Sequence record: SRR20825019_500
Length of the DNA stretch: 38,785 nt
Reading direction: 5' to 3' (one strand)
Of this stretch, positions 30,101 to 38,725 are shown piece after piece; within the stretch, counting starts at the first letter, position 1; every line of letters starts with the position of its first letter. A model generated the notes under the pieces. It made no database searches and was not told where the DNA came from. It saw only the letters and a list, made by a program, of their open reading frames with translations. Position numbers and translations under genes: made by a program.

Positions 30101-31858
30101 ATGTCGCCACATTCGACAACTGAGGTTTCCTTCACCTGCATTCTCGCATTCGACCGCTCTAATCTGCTCGCCGTGCGCCAACTCGGCAGTAAGTCCGGCC
30201 TGGCTTTCATGGGAAATGATCTCGTGCTGGCTACCCAGCGTCTTCAGTCCGCCTATCCTCAACACACCCCCCTCCTCGAATATTTCACCGCAGTAACACC
30301 GAGCGGAAGCTACCGGGTCTTTTTCACCCAGATCACCGAACAAACGTCCGATCGTGAAATCCGACTCCGTTCTCTCGAGAGTCTCGAAAACGCTCCGGAG
30401 CAACTTTCCCCCGCTCTCGCTAACATCCTCACCCAGCTCGATCCGCATCTAATCGACATCCCGTATCTGCACATCGGTGAGAATGATTTTATTTATAAAT
30501 TTCGGCCGGAGAAAGAGCGTAATGCCGCCATTTACGCCGAGGATTCCGTTTCCAGTGCGCTTTACCAATCAAAGCTGTGCACCCTGATCAAAACCCTCGC
30601 ACGCACCCACGAACGCACCGCCGCGAAACCGGTTTCTTTGGATTTCGGCCCCATCTGCTACCATATACCCAGCCACTTCGGGTTTTGTTTGGGGGTGAAA
30701 AACGCAATTGAGCGCGCCTATGAAACACTCGCCGGTAATCCGGACCGGCGGGTATTCATGCTTTCGGAGTTAATTCATAATCCATACGTCAACGAAGACT
30801 TGCTGCGCCGCGGATTACGATACCTTCAAACCGACAAGGGCGTGCCCTATTCCACGGACGGCCAACCAGCGAATGGAGCGTCCGAGACTCCCTTGCTTTG
30901 GGATACCCTCACTCCGAACGATATTGTCATCATCCCCGCATTCGGCGCCACTGATGAGGATAAGCGTCGATTGGTCCGCAAGGGAATCGCCGTGTGCCAA
31001 TACGATGCCACCTGCATGCTCGTTGAGAAAGTATGGAAAGCAGCCCGCACCTATGGACGCAAAGGCTACACCGTCATCATACACGGCAAGGCCGAACACG
31101 AAGAGACTAAAGCCACGTTCTCCAACACCAGACGCTACGCTCCTGCCATCATTGTCCGCGATCTCGAAGAGGCTCGCCTCTTGGGTCGCCTGATCGCCTC
31201 ACCCGACCCCGCGGAGCGCGCCACGTTCTACCAGCTGTTTGCCGATAAACACACACCGGGGTTTGATGTTGAGAAACATTTCAATCAGGTCGCGGTGGTC
31301 AATCAAACCACCTTGTTGGTGAATGAAACCAGGGCAATTATTTCGCATCTCCGGGAAGTTTACTCGGAATTGCACGGTCCGGATGGACAGGAACGCGTCG
31401 GCGGGAGCGGCCGCACCGACACACTGTGCTATGCCACGCAAGTGAACCAGGACGCCTTGGCCAAAGCACTCGACCAACCGCTGGATGCCGCTTTTGTGAT
31501 CGGTGGAAAAAATTCCTCAAATACCTATCAGCTCTATCGCCTCTGCGAACAGACCTTGGGGGAGCAGGCGTTTTTCATCCAGTCCGAGTCCAATATTATT
31601 TCCCCGGCTAAAGTGAATCACTATGTTTTCCCCTCTCCTCGCGACGGCAGACCACTGGGCAAAATGATCACAAAACCATTATGGGAAAATGCCGATTCCG
31701 CTTCACAAAAGCGTGTGCTGATCACGGGAGGCGCATCATGCCCCGATGGAATCATTCAACAGGTGATCACCCGTCTAAACGCGCTGTTTCCAAGGGAATC
31801 ACTCCGCTCTCTCGATACCATCCTTGAGGAACTCACGGCACATATTTCAGACGAATAA
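30101..31858 (+). CDS. ispH: 4-hydroxy-3-methylbut-2-enyl diphosphate reductase with a long N-terminal extension
   Basis: Three Fe-S cysteines (FGFCLGV, DATCML, DTLCYAT), plus IHNP, HEE, KNSSN and GASCPD. Start placed at ATG 30101. Confidence 0.92.
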   Translation: MSPHSTTEVSFTCILAFDRSNLLAVRQLGSKSGLAFMGNDLVLATQRLQSAYPQHTPLLEYFTAVTPSGSYRVFFTQITEQTSDREIRLRSLESLENAPEQLSPALANILTQLDPHLIDIPYLHIGENDFIYKFRPEKERNAAIYAEDSVSSALYQSKLCTLIKTLARTHERTAAKPVSLDFGPICYHIPSHFGFCLGVKNAIERAYETLAGNPDRRVFMLSELIHNPYVNEDLLRRGLRYLQTDKGVPYSTDGQPANGASETPLLWDTLTPNDIVIIPAFGATDEDKRRLVRKGIAVCQYDATCMLVEKVWKAARTYGRKGYTVIIHGKAEHEETKATFSNTRRYAPAIIVRDLEEARLLGRLIASPDPAERATFYQLFADKHTPGFDVEKHFNQVAVVNQTTLLVNETRAIISHLREVYSELHGPDGQERVGGSGRTDTLCYATQVNQDALAKALDQPLDAAFVIGGKNSSNTYQLYRLCEQTLGEQAFFIQSESNIISPAKVNHYVFPSPRDGRPLGKMITKPLWENADSASQKRVLITGGASCPDGIIQQVITRLNALFPRESLRSLDTILEELTAHISDE

Positions 31859-31870
31859 ACAAGCATTCAT

Positions 31871-31901
31871 AAAAAAGACCGCCCACCAGCGGACGGTCTT
31901 T
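31871..31901 (-). terminator. Intrinsic terminator (possibly bidirectional) between the convergent ispH and beta-barrel genes
   Basis: The minus strand reads AAAGACCGTCC-GCTGGT-GGGCGGTC-TTTTTT: a GC stem with one G-U pair and a U6 tract. Confidence 0.85.
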
Positions 31902-31924
31902 CGTGGAAAATGCCTAAGTTCTCC

Positions 31925-33046
31925 TTAGAACTTAAAATTCAAACCGCCTCGGAAGCCCTGCAATCGGGATAGATCCACATCCAGCGAATAGCTCGAGGAA
32001 TTTTCCGTGATTTCCTGGGTGTATTCTCCACCGGTTTGGGAAAAACCACCGACATAGATCCCGGCATGTTCGGACAGCAAATACTCCAGACCAATATCAG
32101 CATAATATCCGGTCATCGTCTCTCCGACCGTGCTGCCCACCTGATTGGCAATCAGCGCACCGGTATCAACCGTAAATTGGTGATCCACGGTATAGGTCGT
32201 TCCAGAATACACAAAGACCGGGCCTCCACTGACAATAAACCGGAGTTTATCGGTGATGTTAATTCGAAAAGTCGGGCCAAGGCGGGCCGTCACATAGGTG
32301 CCACGCAATTTCCAAATACTGTTAACCTGCGTGTCGTTCGTCACCGTTGATTCCGATCTGCTATCGGGGCGGCTCCCCAAAAAGACACTTGTTTCGACCA
32401 GGTTGCCATCATCATCCGTGGTAAAAGTAGGTGCCTCATAAGGCACGGTCGCAGGAGGAGTCTGCCCATCAAGACTATAAACATCCGTGATCGTTGTGAC
32501 GCTCGCCATCACCGAATCACTGGCATTGGCCTGCAAGCCGTTGATACTAAGGCCTGCAGTCACCATCCACTCGATTCGATTGCCAATCTTCCCCAAATCA
32601 CGAGAGATCACCAGTTCCGCACCAAGACTCAACCCGTCATCGTTGTTTCTCGTGGAGGTATCCAGAGTCTGTGCCGAATACACATGAAATGCCAAATCAG
32701 CGCCGTCATTGATCTCCTGGGCCCTGTCATCATAGGCCCAATTATTGGTCTTCCCGTCGTTAGCGTCTACTTCACGTTGGTCCAGAAACACACTGCCATC
32801 ATGATAACCTCTCACGACATCCGTGCTGGTGGAGTCCTGCAATTGGGAGAATGAAGAAACAAAGCCCTGACCGCTGAAGGCCGTCTTGGCCCCGGTGAGA
32901 CCGCGAAATCCCACATGCATGCTGATCTTCGGCTCCACATAGTAATCATCCAAATCAAAATTGGGGATCTCGTCCTCCGGGCTGCCGCGACCGGCTCCAA
33001 AGCAAATCGAGACAAGACCGAGAAATAAAAGTAAATAGCGATACAT
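31925..33046 (-). CDS. Putative outer-membrane beta-barrel protein
   Basis: Signal peptide MYRYLLLFLGLVSICFG, alternating hydrophobic strands, and a C-terminal beta-signal GFRGGLNFKF ending in Phe. Start placed at ATG 33046. Confidence 0.7.
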   Translation of the reverse strand: MYRYLLLFLGLVSICFGAGRGSPEDEIPNFDLDDYYVEPKISMHVGFRGLTGAKTAFSGQGFVSSFSQLQDSTSTDVVRGYHDGSVFLDQREVDANDGKTNNWAYDDRAQEINDGADLAFHVYSAQTLDTSTRNNDDGLSLGAELVISRDLGKIGNRIEWMVTAGLSINGLQANASDSVMASVTTITDVYSLDGQTPPATVPYEAPTFTTDDDGNLVETSVFLGSRPDSRSESTVTNDTQVNSIWKLRGTYVTARLGPTFRINITDKLRFIVSGGPVFVYSGTTYTVDHQFTVDTGALIANQVGSTVGETMTGYYADIGLEYLLSEHAGIYVGGFSQTGGEYTQEITENSSSYSLDVDLSRLQGFRGGLNFKF

Positions 33047-33172
33047 TAGGTAAGGGATGAGAGAGTCACCACTGTGACGGCAGAATTTAAAAAAGGTTTC
33101 CAAGAATTTGTGCCACCGACTGTTGAGTCAATGGAGATTGCGGGCTATTTCCTATGGGTCCTCCCCTGAAAA

Positions 33173-33871
33173 TTAGTCCGTAAATTCATTAAATTCTGAT
33201 TTAGCCTGCTTCTCAGCGGAAAGAGCTTTGGCCGCATCAGGGTCAATCTCCGCTTCGCGCTGCTTGAGTCGTTCCTCCAGTGCCGCAAGTCCCTCGGAGA
33301 TATGCTCAAGCTCGGTCTCTTTCTCCTGCTGAGCCTGCACTTTCTCGAAGAGCTTGTTTTCGCTCTCCTCGAGAAAGATTTCGCGTTCTCTCACCTGCTG
33401 TTTCGACTCCTTTAGAGCCTCCTCCTGCTGATCGAGTTCCGCCTTTAATTTTTCCAGCGCCTCTTGTGCTTCCTTGCTGACTGCCGTTTTTGCCGGGGCC
33501 TTCTGGGCCGACACTTTCAGCATATGTTCACGGGCCTGCAGCAAGGCCTCTCCCTCCGCCAGATCCCGTTCCTTTTCAGCAATTCTGTCTTCGGCCTCAG
33601 TCACCATACGCTCACGTTCCACGAGCATGGCCTCGAGCTGACGCAGATTCTTTTCCAGTTCCGCCATCCGTTCCGCATCGAGACTCTTAGCCTCTCCCCA
33701 GGGAGTCTGCGTGGAGGAAACAATCTCTTTGATGGATTGCCGGGCCGCAGCTGAGGCCTCGGACACTTCAAATGGAGAATGAGTCTGCGCGCGTCTCCGG
33801 CGCAATGACAGGGTGAGCGACTCAGGCCGTTTGGCCGGAAATTTTATCGAGCTAACCGGTTTGTCGGGCAT
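33173..33871 (-). CDS. Coiled-coil protein with an Arg-rich N-terminus
   Basis: Two E/K/R/Q-rich heptad segments separated by an A/K/P linker; N-terminal KRPESLTLSLRRRR. Starts 5 nt after the upstream stop. Confidence 0.8.
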   Translation of the reverse strand: MPDKPVSSIKFPAKRPESLTLSLRRRRAQTHSPFEVSEASAAARQSIKEIVSSTQTPWGEAKSLDAERMAELEKNLRQLEAMLVERERMVTEAEDRIAEKERDLAEGEALLQAREHMLKVSAQKAPAKTAVSKEAQEALEKLKAELDQQEEALKESKQQVREREIFLEESENKLFEKVQAQQEKETELEHISEGLAALEERLKQREAEIDPDAAKALSAEKQAKSEFNEFTD

Positions 33872-33876
33872 GAAAT

Positions 33877-34716
33877 TTATTTTCCGAAGAGCCGCGAAAA
33901 GAACCCACGTTTCTTTCCGGATGTAGAACCCGAACTCTTCACTTTAGTCTGCGATTCGATCACCTCGGCGACCTGTTTTTCGGCCTCCTCATTATCCAAT
34001 ACAATTAATTGCCGCGAAAGCGAAGCACCGCCGGCCAAATTGTCCTGAACCGCCTGCCATTCCGCATCAAAGTAACTCAACGCGGCCTGCACCCGGACGG
34101 CATCCCCCTTGGTTTGCGCAAGACATTCGAACAAATGTAACCCGGTGCCGCCCACGCGGAACGGCAACACCTCACGCAAGGCCTTCACATCGACGTGCGA
34201 CAAAGCGTTGAGCAGCTTCCTGAAATCGCCCCCCACGATGACATTCTGGGACATGTTTTGCGCAAAACGCGCAAATTCTCCCACTGTCGTGAGGTTTTCC
34301 AACCGACAGAATTCAAGCGTATCGTCATCGAGTGCGGTCAGCAAAATGGGGAAATTCTCGGGGATGGACAACTTGCCCATATTTTTGACCAACTGATTGT
34401 CCTTCTCCGCATTTTGCTCGGAATGCTCCAGCATATCCCCAAACGGGTCGTCAAATGCCAGGGTGTCTTTCAGAATTGAAACCAGCAGCATCGCGTAATC
34501 CGGAAAACCTTTCAACGCGAGTAACTCCTTCACTTCATCAAAAGTCAGATCGATATAGACAGCAGGAGTTTCTTCGTTTCCCCGGATCGGCCAATCAGGA
34601 CCTTCCAGGTTTTGGGCCAGGCTGCTCAGTTTCGTGTCCACCATGATGGATGAAGCAAAAGCAGTGCGGACTTCATCCCAATCCTGGGCAGTAAAATTTT
34701 CGGCGGATTCAGACAT
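33877..34716 (-). CDS. Hypothetical acidic protein with a C-terminal amphipathic helix (KKRGFFSRLFGK)
   Basis: 279-aa ORF starting 21 nt after the ParA stop; no catalytic motif recognised. Confidence 0.8.
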   Translation of the reverse strand: MSESAENFTAQDWDEVRTAFASSIMVDTKLSSLAQNLEGPDWPIRGNEETPAVYIDLTFDEVKELLALKGFPDYAMLLVSILKDTLAFDDPFGDMLEHSEQNAEKDNQLVKNMGKLSIPENFPILLTALDDDTLEFCRLENLTTVGEFARFAQNMSQNVIVGGDFRKLLNALSHVDVKALREVLPFRVGGTGLHLFECLAQTKGDAVRVQAALSYFDAEWQAVQDNLAGGASLSRQLIVLDNEEAEKQVAEVIESQTKVKSSGSTSGKKRGFFSRLFGK

Positions 34717-34737
34717 CGGAAATTAGCATAAGGTTAA

Positions 34738-35631
34738 TCAGTCGGCACCTTGTCGGATGAGTTCACTCGCAAGACGACGATAATCGGTCAACACATTCTC
34801 TTGCGTCGGATCCTCCGATTCCTGCGAAAGCATCACCACAGGCATGCCGAGAGTGACCGCACGGCGAACGACCATCGCATCACGGATCTGCGTATCATAA
34901 ATCTTGGCCGTTGGTGATACTCGCTTGGCTGCCCGATACTGGTTCATGCGAAGTTGCATCCGCATTTTCGGCACTTCGATATCCACCCCGGTCTTGATCG
35001 AATTAAAGACGACCCCCTGCACCTGGGCCGGAATCCCCATCGAAGCGTCACGAAAACTCGCAGACAATTGATGAAACTTGCCCAATTTATCGATCAGCAA
35101 CGTGAAGCCGATCAGACTGAGTGCATCCGGATTCGACGGAACAATAATTTCATGACTGGAGAAAATACCACACTGTGAGGCGCGTAAAATATTCGGCGGA
35201 CAATCGAAGAAGATAAAATCATACTCATCTTCAATCGCGGCCAATTGCTCCTGAAAGATCAGATAATGGGGCCGCTTCGGATCTCCTCGATACTCAGCCT
35301 CCAAATCAACAAGATTGAAATTCGTAGGAACCAGATCCAACCCGGGCAGCACCTTGTTTCCCGTCTTATCCTCCACCACATCGCGCCAGACAATATCTTC
35401 GATATGCGCACTGCCGGGGTCGAAGATCGAATAGATCGCGCCTTCGCCCGTGGAATTGATTTTATTCCAGCGATCCAACCGCAAGAGCCAGATACTCGCG
35501 TTTGACTGGGTATCCAAATCAAACAGTAACACCTTTTTGCCCAACTTGGCCAAACTGGCCGCCGTATTGACGATCAACGATGTCTTGCCGACACCACCCT
35601 TGTAATTGATAAAGCTGATTTTTCGCGCCAT
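34738..35631 (-). CDS. ParA/MinD-family ATPase (orphan; no parB nearby)
   Basis: Deviant Walker A KGGVGKT, DLDTQSN, Walker B FFDCPP. Start placed at ATG 35631 (MARKISF). Confidence 0.93.
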   Translation of the reverse strand: MARKISFINYKGGVGKTSLIVNTAASLAKLGKKVLLFDLDTQSNASIWLLRLDRWNKINSTGEGAIYSIFDPGSAHIEDIVWRDVVEDKTGNKVLPGLDLVPTNFNLVDLEAEYRGDPKRPHYLIFQEQLAAIEDEYDFIFFDCPPNILRASQCGIFSSHEIIVPSNPDALSLIGFTLLIDKLGKFHQLSASFRDASMGIPAQVQGVVFNSIKTGVDIEVPKMRMQLRMNQYRAAKRVSPTAKIYDTQIRDAMVVRRAVTLGMPVVMLSQESEDPTQENVLTDYRRLASELIRQGAD

Positions 35632-35747
35632 GGGATATGCGTAGAGATAGGCAGAATCGCCTACCATCAAAGTGTTTACTTACTCAGGACCCGCGAGTCA
35701 AAAAGGAGCTTATCAGCTTTTGACGCTTTATTTGCACCCAACCAACC

Positions 35748-36227
35748 ATGCCTAAGACCTATCTACGCGATCAGATCCTTGCCCTCCTTCAATCTGAGCT
35801 CGCCCTGCAGACCAATGCCGCGCAACTCGCTCACGATGAAGCCATCAGCGAGGAAAGCCGTGCCGATAACAAATACGACACCCACAGTCAGGAAGCCGCC
35901 TATCTGGCGGAAGGCCAGGCGCGACTCGCCACGGAAGCCGGCGAATCCATCCAGGCCTACCGGCATTGCCAATTCCCGGTCTTCCAGCCCACCGATCCCA
36001 TCTCCATCGGAGCACTCATTGAGATCAGTTCAGCTGACCACACCACGCGTTTTCTCCTCGGCCCCAAAGCAGGTGGCCTCGAACTTGCCAATCACAAGAA
36101 CGATCCCGTGCATCTCATCACCCCACTGTCCCCCTTGGGCCGCCAATTGATCGGAAAACGACTGGGAGACACCGTGACGCTTCCAGGCTCGGATCGCTCG
36201 ATCTATACGATCACCCATGTTCAATAA
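35748..36227 (+). CDS. GreA/GreB-family elongation factor-like protein
   Basis: N-terminal helical hairpin with DNKYDT...EAAYLA; C-terminal ITPLSPLGRQLIGKRLGD typical of the Gre C-domain. Confidence 0.8.
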   Translation: MPKTYLRDQILALLQSELALQTNAAQLAHDEAISEESRADNKYDTHSQEAAYLAEGQARLATEAGESIQAYRHCQFPVFQPTDPISIGALIEISSADHTTRFLLGPKAGGLELANHKNDPVHLITPLSPLGRQLIGKRLGDTVTLPGSDRSIYTITHVQ

Positions 36228-36324
36228 GCGGAAGTTCTATCAATCTCCCCGGCAGACTATTCGAGCGACATTACCATCGACCCACCGAACGAACCGACCT
36301 AGTAGTTAGGAGCTACCTTTCCTG

Positions 36325-37920
36325 ATGAGTTCTCCTTCCCCCACGACCAACATCACCACCGACCAACCGGAAAGCAGTTCCCTTCCCAACGATAGAGATA
36401 TCCTCACCCGGCTGCGCCACGAGTTGCGCACGCCGTTGAATCAAATCATCGGCTATGCCGAATTGTTGTATGAAGGAGCCAACGAGGCCCCGGAATTTTC
36501 TCCGCTTCGCATCTGCCTCCGCGAGCTACACAGCGCAGGAGAGGAAATCATCACCTTTCTCGGATTCACTTTGGTTCAGTGGAAAATTGATTCCGGGCAA
36601 GTCGACTTGGGGGAATTCCGCCAACAGATGTTGAATATCCTGGCCAAACTCGCGCGGCATCGTGACGAGTGCGAAGCCTATGCAATGGAGTTTGAACAAA
36701 GCGTCTCGCTTTCCGACCTCAAGAAAGTGCGTCGCGCGACGAATAATTTCTACTCCCTCCTCGAACTCGATGAATTCGACGACATCGATTCATGGAATAT
36801 TCCGCCGACCGTCGGCGATCGGGATTCCTCCGAAACCCAACAGCATGTAGGCACGACCAGCGCACCTCCGGAAGACTATCGCAAGCTATTGATTGTCGAT
36901 GATCAGGAGATGAACCGCGAAGTGCTACTGCGTCGCTTGCGGCGCATGGATTACGAAGTGAGCGCGGTTGAAAATGGCCAGGCTGCTTTGGATATCCTCG
37001 CCATGCAGCCATTCGATCTGGTGCTCCTCGATATCATGATGCCGGTCATGGACGGATTCGAAACGCTCCACCGCATCAAGATGGACGAAGCCTTGAAAGA
37101 TACCCCGGTCATCATGCTCACCGCCGTTGACGATCCGGCCAGCACGGTGCGTTGCATCGAATCGGGTGCCGATGATTTCGTCTCCAAACCTCATGATCCC
37201 GTCATCCTTCGGGCACGCATCAACGCTTCCCTCGAACGAAAACGCCTCCGCGACGCCGAACGGGCCTATCTCGCGGAAATTCAAAGCGAGCGCGCCAAAT
37301 CCGAACACCTTCTCCTCAACATTCTGCCCAAACCGATTAGTGAGCGCCTCAAACAAGGTGAGCAGGTCATTGTCGATGCGTTTGAAAATGCCACCGTGCT
37401 CTTTGCTGATATCGTCGGCTTCACCCACATCGCCGTGAATAATTCCGCGGTGAATACGGTGAATCTTCTCAACGAAATATTCTCCTCCTTTGATCAACTC
37501 TCCGAGGAATCAGGGGTCGAAAAAATCAAGACGATCGGTGATGCCTACATGGTCGTGGCCGGTGTGCCGGTTCCCCAGAAAGATCACGCCCTGCGAGTCG
37601 CTCGTGCTGCGCTGGGCATCATTGAAAAACTGAAGGAGTTCAATCAACGAAACGGCTATTCGTGGGAAGTTCGGATTGGGATCCATAGTGGTCCGCTGGT
37701 TGCCGGTATCATCGGATCAAAAAAATTCACCTACGATCTCTGGGGCGACACCGTCAATGTCGCGAGCCGGCTCGAATCGCACGGCGAGATTGGTTCAATC
37801 TATGTTTCCGACGAAACGGCGCACCTGCTCGCCCCGCATTGCCAATTGGTTCCCCGGGGCGAGATTGATCTTAAGAATCGTGGGGCCCTCTCAGTGCATC
37901 AGCTACTCGGTTTTAAATAG
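36325..37920 (+). CDS. Class III adenylate cyclase with N-terminal HisKA-like and receiver domains
   Basis: RHELRTPLNQIIGY; REC (IVDD, LLDIMMP, FVSKP); cyclase motifs LFADIVGFT, KTIGDAYM and YDLWGDTVNVASR. The Lys/Asp pair indicates ATP specificity. Confidence 0.92.
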   Translation: MSSPSPTTNITTDQPESSSLPNDRDILTRLRHELRTPLNQIIGYAELLYEGANEAPEFSPLRICLRELHSAGEEIITFLGFTLVQWKIDSGQVDLGEFRQQMLNILAKLARHRDECEAYAMEFEQSVSLSDLKKVRRATNNFYSLLELDEFDDIDSWNIPPTVGDRDSSETQQHVGTTSAPPEDYRKLLIVDDQEMNREVLLRRLRRMDYEVSAVENGQAALDILAMQPFDLVLLDIMMPVMDGFETLHRIKMDEALKDTPVIMLTAVDDPASTVRCIESGADDFVSKPHDPVILRARINASLERKRLRDAERAYLAEIQSERAKSEHLLLNILPKPISERLKQGEQVIVDAFENATVLFADIVGFTHIAVNNSAVNTVNLLNEIFSSFDQLSEESGVEKIKTIGDAYMVVAGVPVPQKDHALRVARAALGIIEKLKEFNQRNGYSWEVRIGIHSGPLVAGIIGSKKFTYDLWGDTVNVASRLESHGEIGSIYVSDETAHLLAPHCQLVPRGEIDLKNRGALSVHQLLGFK

Positions 37921-37931
37921 CACCCACGGCT

Positions 37932-38612
37932 TCAGCTATTCAGACTGAACACGATCGGGACAGCCATGCGGTAACGCACGATCCGGCCATGCCGACGTCC
38001 CGGCTCAAATCGCCATTTCGAAACTGCACGCAACGCCGCCTCTTCGAATACGCGATCGGTGCGACTGATCACATAAGGAGCGCTCACCCGCCCCTCCTCG
38101 TCCACTGTAAATCCGAGGATGACTTGCCCTTCAATCCCCTGAATCTTCGCTTCCCCCGGATAAAGCGGCGATGTCTGCACAATCGCCCGTGGACTGTTAT
38201 CCAACATCCCCGTGGTGACGATGCGACCGGATTTCAAAAGTCCGCGAATGTCACCTTCCAGTTCACCTTTTAGCCTCGGGTTAATCCGACTCGGATCGGT
38301 AGCCACCACGGGCTCATAGGGTTCGACCGGGATCGTGAATGATTTTGGCGGTGCGGTCCGGGCGATATCAGGCAAAGTCACATGCTGCACTTCCGGATCC
38401 CCCTGTCTGCCAAGTGCCTGATCATCATTCGCTGTCTCATCAACAGGTTCAGGCAAAGTAACGACTTCCATGACCGGCGGCAAATCACAGATTAGGTCAC
38501 CACCCATGGGCTCCCCGTCTGAAACGACAGGAGGGGTGCTGCGAAAACCAAACAATAACGCTGCGTGAAAAACCAAGGCAGCGGCAATTGGGAGTGTGTA
38601 TTTTCTCTTCAT
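37932..38612 (-). CDS. Energy transducer TonB family protein
   Basis: N-terminal TM with His (ALVFHAALL), Pro-rich spacer, and TonB_C motif YPGEAKIQGIEGQV...FEEAALRAVSKWRFEP. AGGAG SD upstream. Confidence 0.9.
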   Translation of the reverse strand: MKRKYTLPIAAALVFHAALLFGFRSTPPVVSDGEPMGGDLICDLPPVMEVVTLPEPVDETANDDQALGRQGDPEVQHVTLPDIARTAPPKSFTIPVEPYEPVVATDPSRINPRLKGELEGDIRGLLKSGRIVTTGMLDNSPRAIVQTSPLYPGEAKIQGIEGQVILGFTVDEEGRVSAPYVISRTDRVFEEAALRAVSKWRFEPGRRHGRIVRYRMAVPIVFSLNS

Positions 38613-38725
38613 GTTGTTCTCCTGGTTGAGGGTTCAACATGACTACGGACCACCCGCAGTTTTCTTAGAGAAACGCTGATTAAACAACATCTCCGCTGCT
38701 GCTTGGCTAAAAGTCAGCTTCAACC

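Noticed and set aside
35696-35725. GTCAAAA...TTTTGAC inverted repeat between parA and the greA-like gene
   Set aside because: Most simply back-to-back TTGAC -35-like hexamers of divergent promoters. No convincing -10 was found, and it does not resemble parS.
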